The position numbers and the translations under genes are program-made. A DNA stretch of 64,000 nucleotides from Verrucomicrobiales bacterium (GTDB lineage: Bacteria; Verrucomicrobiota; Verrucomicrobiia; Verrucomicrobiales; SLCJ01), in the NCBI GenBank assembly GCA_046075565.1, contig JBJTQJ010000004.1:1-64000 (forward strand). The letters run 5' to 3'. The notes under the pieces were generated by a model. That model saw nothing but the letters and a program-made list of their open reading frames with translations. It was not told where the DNA came from and ran no database searches. Below are positions 45,301-56,031 of the stretch, piece by piece. Every line of letters starts with the position of its first letter. Position 1 is the first letter of the stretch.

Positions 45301-46884
45301 TCAAGATCCTTTGTCGGGCGACTTCATGACGGGAGTAGCGGGCTCCTGAAGTCCGGCCAGGCTGCGCCTGAAAAAGACATGGAGCGAGACTCCGGGGCGG
45401 ATTTCGTAGTTCTTGCAGAGATGGGTGGCGAAGAGAGCCTGGGCGGCGTCGGGGAAATGGTCCGTGGATACGGCCACGATGTCGGGTGGTTCCTTGAGGT
45501 CGGGGAGGCTGCGGCCATAGCTGTTCGAGCCGAGTGCTTTCCTCCGATACCACGGCAGAGGCCAGCCATTTTCTTCTTCTCCGATGGCGAGCGTGAGGGT
45601 GCGGCCTTCGGAGGATTCGAGCTGGGAAATTTGGCGAGCCAGTTCGAGGATTTCCTGGCTGGTGTGTCCATAGACCATGGGTTGCTCGGGATCGGCCGGG
45701 GCCTCGGTGATCATTCTGCGGTCGTAGAGCAAAGCATGGGCGATGGTTGCGGCAAAGGCCAGGCACGCGGCGGCCATCAATGCGAGTTTGGCAGCGGGTG
45801 GTTTGCCCGCTTTGCGATCTGGCAGGCAGCCCGCGAGGGCATAACCGGAAAGCAGCATCAATCCATGCATGGTGGCGAGGAAGGACCACGGGGTCTTGTA
45901 AGGGATCACCGAATAAATCACCATGGTGGCGATGGTGTAGGCGGCGAGAGCGCGGGGAAAACGTTTTGCATCACCACCTCCGGGCCACCATGCTCGCACC
46001 GCTCCCGCGAGGCCGAGAATCAGCACTCCAATCTCCGAATACCAGAACCCGCCGCTTGGCTTGAGGAAAAACAGCACCGCGAAATAGTAATTCCATGGTT
46101 GGTTGTGGCCGGCATCCGTTCCTTCAGCCCGGTTCAAATAAAGAAGATAGGTGCGGATGCCGTCCCAAATCGCTTCCGGTCGGCGGAATCCATGGCTCAA
46201 CAAAGCCGCGGAAAGCACAAAGCCCAGCACACAGGAGGCAAGGATGGCTTTCCAATGCCGCTGCAGGAATCCGGGGATAGCCGTGATGCTCGCACGTCCA
46301 CCGGCGATTGCGGCGGCAAGTGCCATGGCCGCAACGTGCAGGACGAAGGTTTCCTTGGTCGCATGCAGAAGCCCGGCCGAGACCCCGGCTAGAATCCACC
46401 AGACGCGACGCCGTCGCGGTTCGGTCTCCGTGGTGAAGCGCCAGCAGGCGAAGCCAAGCAGCGTGAGGAAAACCGCGAACGGCAACTCCATGATGTAGTA
46501 GCGGCTGAAAAAAACCATCATCGGCGAGACCGCCACCAAAACCGCGCCGAACGCGGCGCCTGCTTCGCCAAGCTCTTTCCGGAAAAGGAAAGTCATCAGC
46601 ACGAGGAGCACGCCGTAGCCGGCCGTCACCCCGCGCAGGGTTGTTTCGTCCAAATCCTGGAATCGGTGCTGCCCGCGCGCCCAAGCCACGGGCAGGGTCG
46701 AGTAGTGCAAGGTCGGGCCGTGGTAGTCCTTGGGATCGTATTTGAAAGCCTCGCCCGCGAGCAGACGCCCGACCGTCACCCCATGGATGGCCTCGTCGGT
46801 GTGCATGACCCGCGAGGGCAGGTCATGGAACCGCAGGGCGGCGGCGGCAATGAGAAGGGCGAAAATGGGAAGCAGTCTGGGCAT
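45301..46884 (-). CDS. TIGR03663-like membrane protein (mirror copy)
   Basis: Identical translation to 35625-37208. Confidence 0.8.
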   Translation of the reverse strand: MPRLLPIFALLIAAAALRFHDLPSRVMHTDEAIHGVTVGRLLAGEAFKYDPKDYHGPTLHYSTLPVAWARGQHRFQDLDETTLRGVTAGYGVLLVLMTFLFRKELGEAGAAFGAVLVAVSPMMVFFSRYYIMELPFAVFLTLLGFACWRFTTETEPRRRRVWWILAGVSAGLLHATKETFVLHVAAMALAAAIAGGRASITAIPGFLQRHWKAILASCVLGFVLSAALLSHGFRRPEAIWDGIRTYLLYLNRAEGTDAGHNQPWNYYFAVLFFLKPSGGFWYSEIGVLILGLAGAVRAWWPGGGDAKRFPRALAAYTIATMVIYSVIPYKTPWSFLATMHGLMLLSGYALAGCLPDRKAGKPPAAKLALMAAACLAFAATIAHALLYDRRMITEAPADPEQPMVYGHTSQEILELARQISQLESSEGRTLTLAIGEEENGWPLPWYRRKALGSNSYGRSLPDLKEPPDIVAVSTDHFPDAAQALFATHLCKNYEIRPGVSLHVFFRRSLAGLQEPATPVMKSPDKGS

Positions 46885-46985
46885 GGTCGGAACTTCCCAT
46901 TTACCCGCAGGATGGGCCCGGCTTCAACCCCGAATCTTCCCGGAAGCGGCTTGCCACGGGCCCCGAGGAGGTGTATGGGTTTCTG

Positions 46986-47642
46986 ATGAACCAATCCCGC
47001 ATCCTCATTGGAATCCTCCTGCTCTTGGGAGCCGTCTTCGGCTACACGCAGTGGAGCAACAAACAGGACCTGCGCCAGCAGCGCGAGGATACGGCCAAAC
47101 TCATCGAGGCGCTCACCGGGAAGACGTCCACTCCAGCGACCGCGCCCGCGGCAAACAACACCGCCGGAAATCCCGTCTCGAACCCGGCCCAACCGGCCAC
47201 CGCAACGACCGGCGGGGAAGAAACGCCGGCGGAACAACGGCTCCGCATTGTGACGGAAGAACTGGAAAAAATGCGTGCCGAAAAGGAAAACCTCCGCTTG
47301 CAGAGTGAAGCCGCCAGCGAGGAACGCGACCGCATGGCCGGCGAAAACGAAGCTCTGAAGCATCAGATCGACCAACGCATCGCCCAGATCCGGTCGGCAC
47401 CCATGCTGGCCAAAATCACCTTCGTCAGCCCCGAGCATGGCGTCGCCGTCATGTCGGCGGGCCGGAATGCGAACATCGAACCCCGGGATGAATTCCGCAT
47501 TCGTCGGGGAGACAAGATCATCTGCCGGGTGGTCGTCGGGGACAGCATCGAGGACAACGAGGCGGCCCTCGCCCCGATTCCCGGCTCCATGGCCCCGAAG
47601 GAGAGTATCATGCAGGGCGACGAGGTCGTCTCCCTCGAGTGA
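46986..47642 (+). CDS. Hypothetical membrane-anchored protein (mirror copy)
   Basis: Identical translation to 34867-35523. Confidence 0.75.
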   Translation: MNQSRILIGILLLLGAVFGYTQWSNKQDLRQQREDTAKLIEALTGKTSTPATAPAANNTAGNPVSNPAQPATATTGGEETPAEQRLRIVTEELEKMRAEKENLRLQSEAASEERDRMAGENEALKHQIDQRIAQIRSAPMLAKITFVSPEHGVAVMSAGRNANIEPRDEFRIRRGDKIICRVVVGDSIEDNEAALAPIPGSMAPKESIMQGDEVVSLE

Positions 47643-47741
47643 TGGCAATCCCGGCCCATCGGCTGGCCGGGGTGGAAAATCGCGGGGATTGCTTGAATAT
47701 ATCCCCATCCGGCACGGGTTCTGCTACAAATAGGCATACCC

Positions 47742-49217
47742 ATGCCCGGAATTTTTGAATCCTACGAACCCGGTGACTTCTTCGACGAGGTCTTCACCAG
47801 CGAAGACAACGCCCGCCCCCATTACCAAAGCCTCATCAAGGCGCTGGGGAAACTTTCGCCCGAGGACTACGCCCAGAAGCAGGTGACCACGGACGCCGCT
47901 TTCTTGAAGCAAGGCGTCACGTTCACCGTCTATGGCGATGAAAGTGGCACCGAGCGCATTTTCCCCTTCGACCTCATGCCGCGGGTCATTCCCCGCTCGG
48001 AATGGGATCAGGTCGAGGCCGGTCTCGTCCAACGCATCACCGCCCTCAATCTTTTCCTGCACGACGTCTACCACGCCCAACGCATCGTGAACGATGGTGT
48101 CGTCCCCCGCGAGGTCGTTGAATCGGCATCGCATTACCGCAAAGCCTTCCACGGCGTGCAGGTGCCGCACAATATCTACATCCACATCTGCGGAACCGAT
48201 CTCGTGCGCGACCGCGACGGCACCTATTTTGTGCTCGAGGACAATGCCCGTTCGCCCTCCGGCGCATCCTACATGCTCGAGAACCGCATGGCCATGAAGC
48301 GGGCGTTTCCGCACTTGCTGCAATCACTGCCCGTACGACCGGTTGATTCCTACGGCACCATGCTGCGCGATACCCTGGCCCATCTCGCTCCCGCCGGAGT
48401 GGTGGACCCGGTCATTGTCCTGCTCACGCCCGGTGTCTACAACAGCGCTTACTTCGAGCATTGTTACCTGGCCCGCCAGATGGGTATCCCCATTGTCGAA
48501 GGACGTGACCTCATCGTGCGTGGCGACCGCGTGTTCATGCGCACGACGCGTGGACTCGTGCAGGTGCATGTGATTTACCGGCGCATCGACGACGACTTCC
48601 TTGACCCCATGGTCTTCCGTGAAGATTCCATGCTCGGGGTGCCCGGATTGGTCAGCGCATACCGCAATGGGCATGTCGCGTTGGCCAACTCGATCGGCAC
48701 CGGTGTCGCCGACGACAAAGCCGTCTATGCCTACGTGCCGAGGATGATCAAATACTATCTCGATCAGGAGCCCATCCTCCCGAATGTTCCCACGCATCTC
48801 GCTTCCGAGGAAAACGAGCGGACATTTATCTTGGAAAATCTCGGCAAGCTCGTGGTCAAAGCCGTCAATGAATCCGGCGGCTACGGAATGCTCATGGGAC
48901 CGGCTTCCACCAAAGCGCAGCGCGAGGAATTCAAAGCCCGCATCATTGCCAATCCGCGCAACTACATCGCCCAGCCGGTGCTCTCGCTCTCGCGCCATCC
49001 GGTTTTCGTGGACGACCATTTCGAAGGCCGCCACATCGATCTACGGCCCTACATCCTTTATGGCAAACGGGTGAAGGTCGTGCCCGGCGGGCTCACCCGT
49101 GTCGCCTTGAAGAAAGGTTCGCTTGTCGTCAACTCGTCCCAAGGTGGCGGCAGTAAAGACACCTGGGTCTTCTGGGACGACAGCGGCCGCCCCGGCTCGG
49201 CTCCCGCCGGAGCGTAG
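47742..49217 (+). CDS. Circularly permuted type 2 ATP-grasp protein (mirror copy)
   Basis: Identical translation to 33292-34767. Confidence 0.93.
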   Translation: MPGIFESYEPGDFFDEVFTSEDNARPHYQSLIKALGKLSPEDYAQKQVTTDAAFLKQGVTFTVYGDESGTERIFPFDLMPRVIPRSEWDQVEAGLVQRITALNLFLHDVYHAQRIVNDGVVPREVVESASHYRKAFHGVQVPHNIYIHICGTDLVRDRDGTYFVLEDNARSPSGASYMLENRMAMKRAFPHLLQSLPVRPVDSYGTMLRDTLAHLAPAGVVDPVIVLLTPGVYNSAYFEHCYLARQMGIPIVEGRDLIVRGDRVFMRTTRGLVQVHVIYRRIDDDFLDPMVFREDSMLGVPGLVSAYRNGHVALANSIGTGVADDKAVYAYVPRMIKYYLDQEPILPNVPTHLASEENERTFILENLGKLVVKAVNESGGYGMLMGPASTKAQREEFKARIIANPRNYIAQPVLSLSRHPVFVDDHFEGRHIDLRPYILYGKRVKVVPGGLTRVALKKGSLVVNSSQGGGSKDTWVFWDDSGRPGSAPAGA

Positions 49218-49258
49218 TCTACCCTCACTCAGCATTCTGTCCCTTAGGCACAAACACG

Positions 49259-49405
49259 AATGACGAAATACCCAAATACCCAAAGAAATCCGAAGAACGA
49301 AGTCCGAATCCGGCGGGCGGGGCAGCTTGCTTCCGGAATATTGGCGCTCTGGACTACGCGTTTCTTCATGCATTGGGTATTTGGGTGTTTGGGTATTTCG
49401 TCATT
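49259..49405. repeat. MITE-like octamer-repeat element (mirror copy)
   Basis: Mirror of 33104-33250. Confidence 0.65.
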
Positions 49406-49478
49406 GATGGCAATCCCGCAATGCGGGCGAAATCATTCCTAGAATTCCGTCCCCCAACCCACCCATTCCCCATTTCCC

Positions 49479-50540
49479 ATGCTCAGCCGCGTCGCCGACA
49501 GCATTTATTGGATGGCCCGATACATGGAGCGGGCCGAAAACCTCGCCCGTCTTCTCCATGCCAACAGCCAGCTCTACATGGATGCTGGATCCGGTGGTGG
49601 CGGCGAAGCCAGCTTCTGGGAACCCATCCTCATGACCACGGGTGAGGAAGAAGGATACGCCAAACTTTACCCGTCCGTGACCAGCGAGTGGATCGCCGAA
49701 TACCTGAGTGTGCGGGATGAAAATGCGACTTGTATCCGCAACTGCGTGCGCACTGCCCGCGAGAATGCCCGCATGGTGCGCGACCAGATCTCCGACGAAT
49801 TCTGGCGCACCCTCAACGACATCCATCTCTTCCTCCATTCGCCGAAAGCCGAACGCCTGCGCGTGCAGCAGCCGAATGAATACTACGAGGAGATCATGCG
49901 CGCCTCCTATCTCTTCCAGGGGGTCGCCCGTTCGACCATGGGCCGGGGCGAACAATGGTTGTTCCTGCAACTCGGCACCTATCTCGAACGCGCCGACCAG
50001 ACCTCTCGTCAGGTGGACGTCTGCTCCTCGCTCGGATTGGAGATGCCTCCTCATCCTTCCGCCGCGCCGTTGCGCTGGGCCTCGTTACTTCATTCCTGTT
50101 CCGCCTACCATCCCTTCCACGCCATCTGCAACCACCTCGAGCCCAAACGAATCCTCGAATTCCTCTTCCTCAGTGGTTCCTTCCCCCGCGCCATGCGCTT
50201 CTGCGTGCTTGAGGTGGACCGCGCCCTGCGCCAGGTCGCCGAACTGACCGCCGGCGGCACGGCCCTGCCCGTCAATGCCTTGCGTTTGGCCGGGCGCCTG
50301 CGCGCCGACCTCGAGTTCTCGAGCATCGATGAAATCCTCGATGAAGGACTGCACAACTACATCGACCGCTTCCAGTCGCGCCTCATCGCCGTCGGCGCGG
50401 CCATCTTTGAAACCTTCGTTCTCTACGCCGATCTCCTTCCCGTTGAGGAAGTTCCGACTCCCGCTGTGACCGTCTTCCCCGGTGCCTACCACATCGGCTC
50501 CGACGACGACTTGCAGCAACAGCAGCAGCAACAACAATAG
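49479..50540 (+). CDS. Alpha-E domain protein (mirror copy)
   Basis: Identical translation to 31969-33030. Confidence 0.92.
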   Translation: MLSRVADSIYWMARYMERAENLARLLHANSQLYMDAGSGGGGEASFWEPILMTTGEEEGYAKLYPSVTSEWIAEYLSVRDENATCIRNCVRTARENARMVRDQISDEFWRTLNDIHLFLHSPKAERLRVQQPNEYYEEIMRASYLFQGVARSTMGRGEQWLFLQLGTYLERADQTSRQVDVCSSLGLEMPPHPSAAPLRWASLLHSCSAYHPFHAICNHLEPKRILEFLFLSGSFPRAMRFCVLEVDRALRQVAELTAGGTALPVNALRLAGRLRADLEFSSIDEILDEGLHNYIDRFQSRLIAVGAAIFETFVLYADLLPVEEVPTPAVTVFPGAYHIGSDDDLQQQQQQQQ

Positions 50541-50641
50541 CCTGGCGGATCAAAGCGCGGGTGTTACTACGTCTCGGGAAACGATTCAATGAAAGATTGC
50601 ATCGTCCAAGCGATTATTAGGATAAAAATATCGTTTGTTCT

Positions 50642-53215
50642 GTGAAAAGCCGATTCTTTTCCTTCTGTTGGCCGGTTCTTCTCTGCTCGTTGACCGGTCT
50701 TCCCGCCCAGCCGTTGCAACAAACATTCCGCGATCTTCCCAACTCAGCGCGCCGCCTCACCGGACCGTAGTTCTGGCTGCACGGGGATGAATCGCCCGAG
50801 CGTCTCAACGAGATTCTGGACAAGGTGGCGGAGGGAGGCAATGGCAGTTTCACGGCGGAATCCCGCCCCGACAAGGATTGGCTGGGCGAGGGATGGTATC
50901 GCGATCTGGGCATCTGCCTTGATGCGGCGAAACGCCATGACCTGCAAATGTGGATCTTCGATGAGGACTGGTGGCCCAGCCAGACGGTTGGTGGAAAGGT
51001 CCCGGTCGAGCGCGCCGCCAAAGCACTTACCGCTTCCGCCGTGGCTGTCGGGCAGGGTGGTGCCTGCGAATCAGGCTTCGCCGCACATCCAAACTTTGTC
51101 GCGATGATTGCCGGTCGTCTGGAGGCGGATGGCACGGTCGATGCCACCACACTCATCGATCTTTCCCCACTTGCCGCGGATGGAAAAGTGGCGTGGAGTC
51201 CGCCCTCGGGATCGGGAAATTGGCAGGTGATGGAGTTCCGTTGGGAAACCGCACCAAGGCTGAAACAGGGGAAACGTTATGCGATTGATGGCATGAGTGC
51301 CGATTGTGTCGATGGGTATCTCCGGACGGTCTATCAACCACACCATGAACGATTCGGCAAGGATTTCGGCGGCACGATTCCCGGATACTTTTACGACGAA
51401 CCCGAGACTCCGGGCGACTGGGGCACCGAACTTGCCGATACCTTCAAGTCGATGGGGGTTGATTGGATGCCCGCCTTCGTGGCGTGGAAGTTCAAACTGT
51501 CTGGCGAAGCCCAGGACGCCGCATTCTACCAGTATGCCGAGGCCCGCGCGGAAACCTAGGGCCGTGTCACCTACGGCGGGCTTTCCGAATGGTGCCGCAA
51601 GCGCGGGGTCATCTCCATCGGCCATTTCATGGAGCATGGGAGACTCTACTTCAATCCTGCTTATTGCGCCGGGGACATGATGCGCTTGCAGAAATACAGC
51701 GACATGGGAGGCATCGATCTCGTTTGCCGCCAGATGTATCCCGGCAAGCGTCCGCACGACATCTATCAGACGCCGAAATTGGGGAGTTCGATTTCCCATG
51801 TCTATGGCAAATGCGATGACATCGCCATGTGCGAGATCTTCGGCGGTTATGATCAGGATCTCACCTATCCGCAAATGAGGTGGCTGTGTGATCAACACCA
51901 ACTCCGCAGCATCAATTTCATGATTCCGCATTCATTCAATCCACGTGCCCCACAGGACAAGGACTACCCGCCCTACTTTTACAATGGCGGGTTCGAGCCG
52001 CGTTTCGCGCTATACCGCGTGTGGGCGGATTACAGCAGCAGGCTTTCCCTGATGCTCACGGGTGGTCGCCACGTCTGTCCCGTCGCCGTGCTTTTCAGCG
52101 GCAATGCCCGGCAGGTCGGTGTCTACACCACCCCCGAAGATCTGACCAGCGCATTGCAGGATTCCCTCTACGACTGCGATTGGCTGCCCTTCGAGCGATT
52201 CGAGGATGCCGTCACCCGCATCGAAAAAGGAGAATTACTTTTGCACGGGGAAAAATACCGGGTGCTCGTGGTGCCACCGGCCGAGGCCATGCCTCACGGC
52301 ACGTTGGCGAAGGCGAAGGCGTTTTTCGATGCCGGTGGCATCGTGGTCGGCTACGGTCGCCTGCCGGAGAAATCCCTCACCCCGGGCAAGACACGCGCCG
52401 ACATCGCGGCCCTGCGGGATGCGCTCTGGGGAAATCCGGAGAAGTCGGGGACATCTCTTTGCAAACGGAATGACCAAGGCGGTCGGAGTTATTTCCTGCC
52501 GGAAATTCCGTCGCCGGAGGAAATCAAAACCATGATGAATGATGCCGCAGTTCCGCCGCTGGTTCGCGTGCTCTCAGGCGAAACGGGCAACTGGCTGCAC
52601 GCCTTGCGCCGGGTGGATCGGGAGGGCCGCGATGTGGTCTTTCTGGCGAACCAGAATATCGATGGCGGCGCTCGGAAGTTCTCGCTGTTGATCCCCGGAG
52701 TGACCGGCGCACCCGAGGTCTGGGATGCCATGAGCGGGGAGATCACCGGCATCCCGTCACGGCAGACGAAGGATGGTGTCGCCGTGGAGATTACCCTTGA
52801 ACCGATGGAGAGCGTGCTGCTGCGTTTTGGCGGGTCGGAGATCCGTCCTCCACGTCTCGGATCGAAATCGAAACCGCTCGCCGTGATCCCCGCCCAAACG
52901 GACGCCTCCGTTCCTCCGGTGGTGTATCCGGTTCCTGCGCAAGGCCAGAAAAGCCCGTGCGCGGGAACAGCCTTCCAAGGGAACATCGAGGTCCCGTCCG
53001 AACTGCTGATCCCCGGCCGCCGGGCTGTTCTGGTCTGCGAAATGGATACAAATGTCCAGGAAGACGCGGCCGCCATCCGGATCAACGGGACGCACGCCGG
53101 TGGATGGATCGGGAAGCCTTATCGGCTCGATGTAACCCGGCACCTCAAACCCGGCCGCAACACGTTGCGGATCGAACCCTTCCTCGTGCGTGGCGTGACC
53201 ATCGAAATCCATTGA
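50642..53215 (+). pseudogene. GH106-like glycoside hydrolase with in-frame TAGs at 50768-50770 and 51557-51559 (mirror copy)
   Basis: Mirror of 29294-31867 including both stops. Confidence 0.8.
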
Positions 53216-53330
53216 CCGCAGGCATCCCGGATCTTTGATCCTTGGCCGGCGAAATCGGGCGAACCATGAAATCCGCTTGAACTGGGGCGCAACCGGGGGC
53301 TTGCTAACCGTTCTCCGACAAAGTCCCAGC

Positions 53331-54584
53331 ATGAACACATCCACCGAACGCGCCGCCGAGACGGCTATGACGCTGCGCCAATACTCGATTCTGGTCTGCT
53401 GGGGAATGGTCGTGACCAATCTGGGCCAATTCAGCAGCTTGGGGGACCTGCCGATCAAGTTCCTGCTCAAGGACGGGCTCAAAGTGAGCCAGACCGAGAT
53501 AGCCGCCTGGTTGGGGATAGCGATACTGCCATGGAGCTTCAAGCCGTTGGCCGCGCTGCTGGTTGATGGTGTGCCATTGAAGGGGACGAAGCACCGGCAT
53601 TATCTTCTCCTTGGATTGGTGTTCAGCGGGACTTTCTGGCTGGCGATGGGAGTTATTCCGCCGCAATACCATACCTTGCTCTTCTTCGGCACCTGCCTGA
53701 ATGTGATGATGATGCTGACGAGCACGGTGGTTGGCGGGCTGCTCGTTGAAGGCGGCCAAGCTCACGGGGCCACCGGTAGGTTAAGTTCAATTCGGATGAT
53801 CGTCGCCAATGTAATCCTTCTTTTTGTCGGTCCGCTTGGTGGATTCCTGGCCGGCAAGTGGTTCGGATGGACAGCCATCATCGGAGGCGTGCTCTTTTTC
53901 TCGATGATCCCGCTTACGCTCCTGTTGTTGCGTGAGAAGCGGGTGTCCAGTGCCCACAACGGCGATGGCCCGCTGTTCGGTATCGCCCACCAATGCCGGA
54001 TGGTGTTCCGCTCAAGGAACCTCTGGATATGCAGCGGGTTGCTCTTCCTTGTCAGCCTCGCGCCAGGGTTCGGCGTGCCGTTGCTCTTTTATCAGACCAA
54101 TCAACTTGGTTTTGATCCCATGTTTATCGGGCTGCTGAAGACTTACGGTGCGCCGATGGGATTGCTGGCGGCGTTATTGTATCCTCTTCTTTGCCGCAAA
54201 CTCAACTTGCGGGCATTGCTCTATATGTCGATTTCCAGCACGGCGATCTGCGCTCTTCTCTATTTGGGCTATGTCTCCAAATCTTCCGCCATCGCCATCG
54301 AAGCATTGTACGTGCTCGGTTACACCCTTGCTCAGTTACCGCTTTTCGATTTGGCGGCGCGTGCCACACCCAAGGGTTCGGAGGCTCTGGGCTATGCCGT
54401 GATGATGGCGGTCTGGAATCTGAGCAACTCCGTTTCGGAGGTGCTGGGAGCGCATCTTTCGGATGTGTATAAGTTTACTTTCAATAACTTGGTCTGGCTC
54501 AACGCCGGCACCACCGCGCTCATCCTGCTCATCGTGCCCTTCCTCCCCGCTTTTCTGGTGGATAAAAAAGAGGGGGAAATTTGA
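53331..54584 (+). CDS. MFS transporter, BT1-like (mirror copy)
   Basis: Identical translation to 27925-29178. Confidence 0.85.
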   Translation: MNTSTERAAETAMTLRQYSILVCWGMVVTNLGQFSSLGDLPIKFLLKDGLKVSQTEIAAWLGIAILPWSFKPLAALLVDGVPLKGTKHRHYLLLGLVFSGTFWLAMGVIPPQYHTLLFFGTCLNVMMMLTSTVVGGLLVEGGQAHGATGRLSSIRMIVANVILLFVGPLGGFLAGKWFGWTAIIGGVLFFSMIPLTLLLLREKRVSSAHNGDGPLFGIAHQCRMVFRSRNLWICSGLLFLVSLAPGFGVPLLFYQTNQLGFDPMFIGLLKTYGAPMGLLAALLYPLLCRKLNLRALLYMSISSTAICALLYLGYVSKSSAIAIEALYVLGYTLAQLPLFDLAARATPKGSEALGYAVMMAVWNLSNSVSEVLGAHLSDVYKFTFNNLVWLNAGTTALILLIVPFLPAFLVDKKEGEI

Positions 54585-54633
54585 TCCCAAAGCCGTTCAC
54601 TTGGAACTAGGTCTAGCAGGCGGAGATCATCGC

Positions 54634-54741
54634 CCAGGGCAAGACCGAGACGGTCTTGCTACGGCTCCTAGGGACACTCCCAGGGTAATCTCCTTATGCT
54701 TCCATCTGCAATGTAGCAAGAGCGTCTCGCTCTTGCCCTGG
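54634..54741. repeat. GTAG REP doublet (mirror copy)
   Basis: Mirror of 27768-27875. Confidence 0.75.
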
Positions 54742-54816
54742 AAGGCGCGGGAGAAGGAAAGCGAAAATTTCGTCGATTCTTCCGTAATGTGAAAAGCATT
54801 GGGGTGGACCCCGGCC

Positions 54817-56019
54817 TTACTTGATCAACCCGAAGTGGTTGCCGAATGGCCAATAGACGATCAACGCGGGGCCGACCAGATTCACCTGTGGCACCGGGCC
54901 CCAGAACCGGCTGTCGGAGCTGCTCTGCTGGTTGTCGCCCATCGCCCAGTAGATCGGTTGGGGCACACGGACATCATTGCGCCAGAACCGCCCGAGCATC
55001 GTCTCGAAATGTCCGGGGCGCAGATCGAATTTTGTCACCGAAGGGTAGGGCGGAGGGGGGATCAAATAACCGTTGTAGCCGTCCTGCATGGACATGACCC
55101 GTTGGAAACCGGGTTCGCGCGCGCGTTCGCCGTTGATCAAAAGCTGGTGGTCGGCGGTGATTTCCAGCGTGTCGCCGGGGACGGCGCAGAGGCGTTTGAT
55201 GTAGTTCTGGCTGCCGAATTCCGGGCGGAAGGAGCCTCCGCTTTCGATGTCCTTGATCCCCTTGGTGCTGAAAACAAAAACCTCCCCGCGTTTTGGTTTC
55301 CGGAAATGGTAGCTCATCTTGTCCACGAGCAGGTGATCGCCTCCCTGGCTGCTGCCGCGGAAGATGATGTCACCTTTGCTCACGGGGATGGGTCCGGAAA
55401 GTTCGCCGTTGAATTGCGGCCAGCCTGCGCCCTGCATCAAGGCGGCCTTGGTGGAGGAGACGGAATGGGTTTCGCCCGAGCGCATATGGATGGTCGCGCG
55501 GGTAAAGAAGACGAGGAGATTACGCTCGGTCACTTTAACGATGGCATCATCGGACGCGGCGCGGATGTCATCGTGGCTGCGGCTGTTGAAAATCCATTGC
55601 CAAGCCTGGACGGGCAGGGAAGGAAAGGTTTGGGATGGTGAGAAACTCTCGGAGATCACGCCGTTCAAAGTCGGCTGCATGGAACCGGTCGGGATCTTGA
55701 ACGGTTGCAGGAAATAAGCGCGAATGCCGAGGGCCACGATGATGGCGGTGAAAAAGACGTCCACGTTTTCCGGGAGCCAGCCCACCGGTTTGGCGTGCGA
55801 GGCGGGCACGGAGCCGCGACAGAGGGCTTCCAGTTCGTCTTGCGCCTTTTTCAGCGTGTCGCGATCGGGACGCGTGGCCTCGAGCAGGCGCAATTCGTCC
55901 AAACCTTTGCGGATGGCGGCCAATTTTTCCGTGGCGATCAGGTGCTTTTTGAAATGCACGAACTTCTCCACTCCCTTGCGGAAGTGAACGGAATCCTTGA
56001 GATGTCGCGGTTTGAACAT
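54817..56019 (-). CDS. lepB: Signal peptidase I (mirror copy)
   Basis: Identical translation to 26490-27692. Confidence 0.93.
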   Translation of the reverse strand: MFKPRHLKDSVHFRKGVEKFVHFKKHLIATEKLAAIRKGLDELRLLEATRPDRDTLKKAQDELEALCRGSVPASHAKPVGWLPENVDVFFTAIIVALGIRAYFLQPFKIPTGSMQPTLNGVISESFSPSQTFPSLPVQAWQWIFNSRSHDDIRAASDDAIVKVTERNLLVFFTRATIHMRSGETHSVSSTKAALMQGAGWPQFNGELSGPIPVSKGDIIFRGSSQGGDHLLVDKMSYHFRKPKRGEVFVFSTKGIKDIESGGSFRPEFGSQNYIKRLCAVPGDTLEITADHQLLINGERAREPGFQRVMSMQDGYNGYLIPPPPYPSVTKFDLRPGHFETMLGRFWRNDVRVPQPIYWAMGDNQQSSSDSRFWGPVPQVNLVGPALIVYWPFGNHFGLIK

Positions 56020-56031
56020 GGTCGTGGAAAA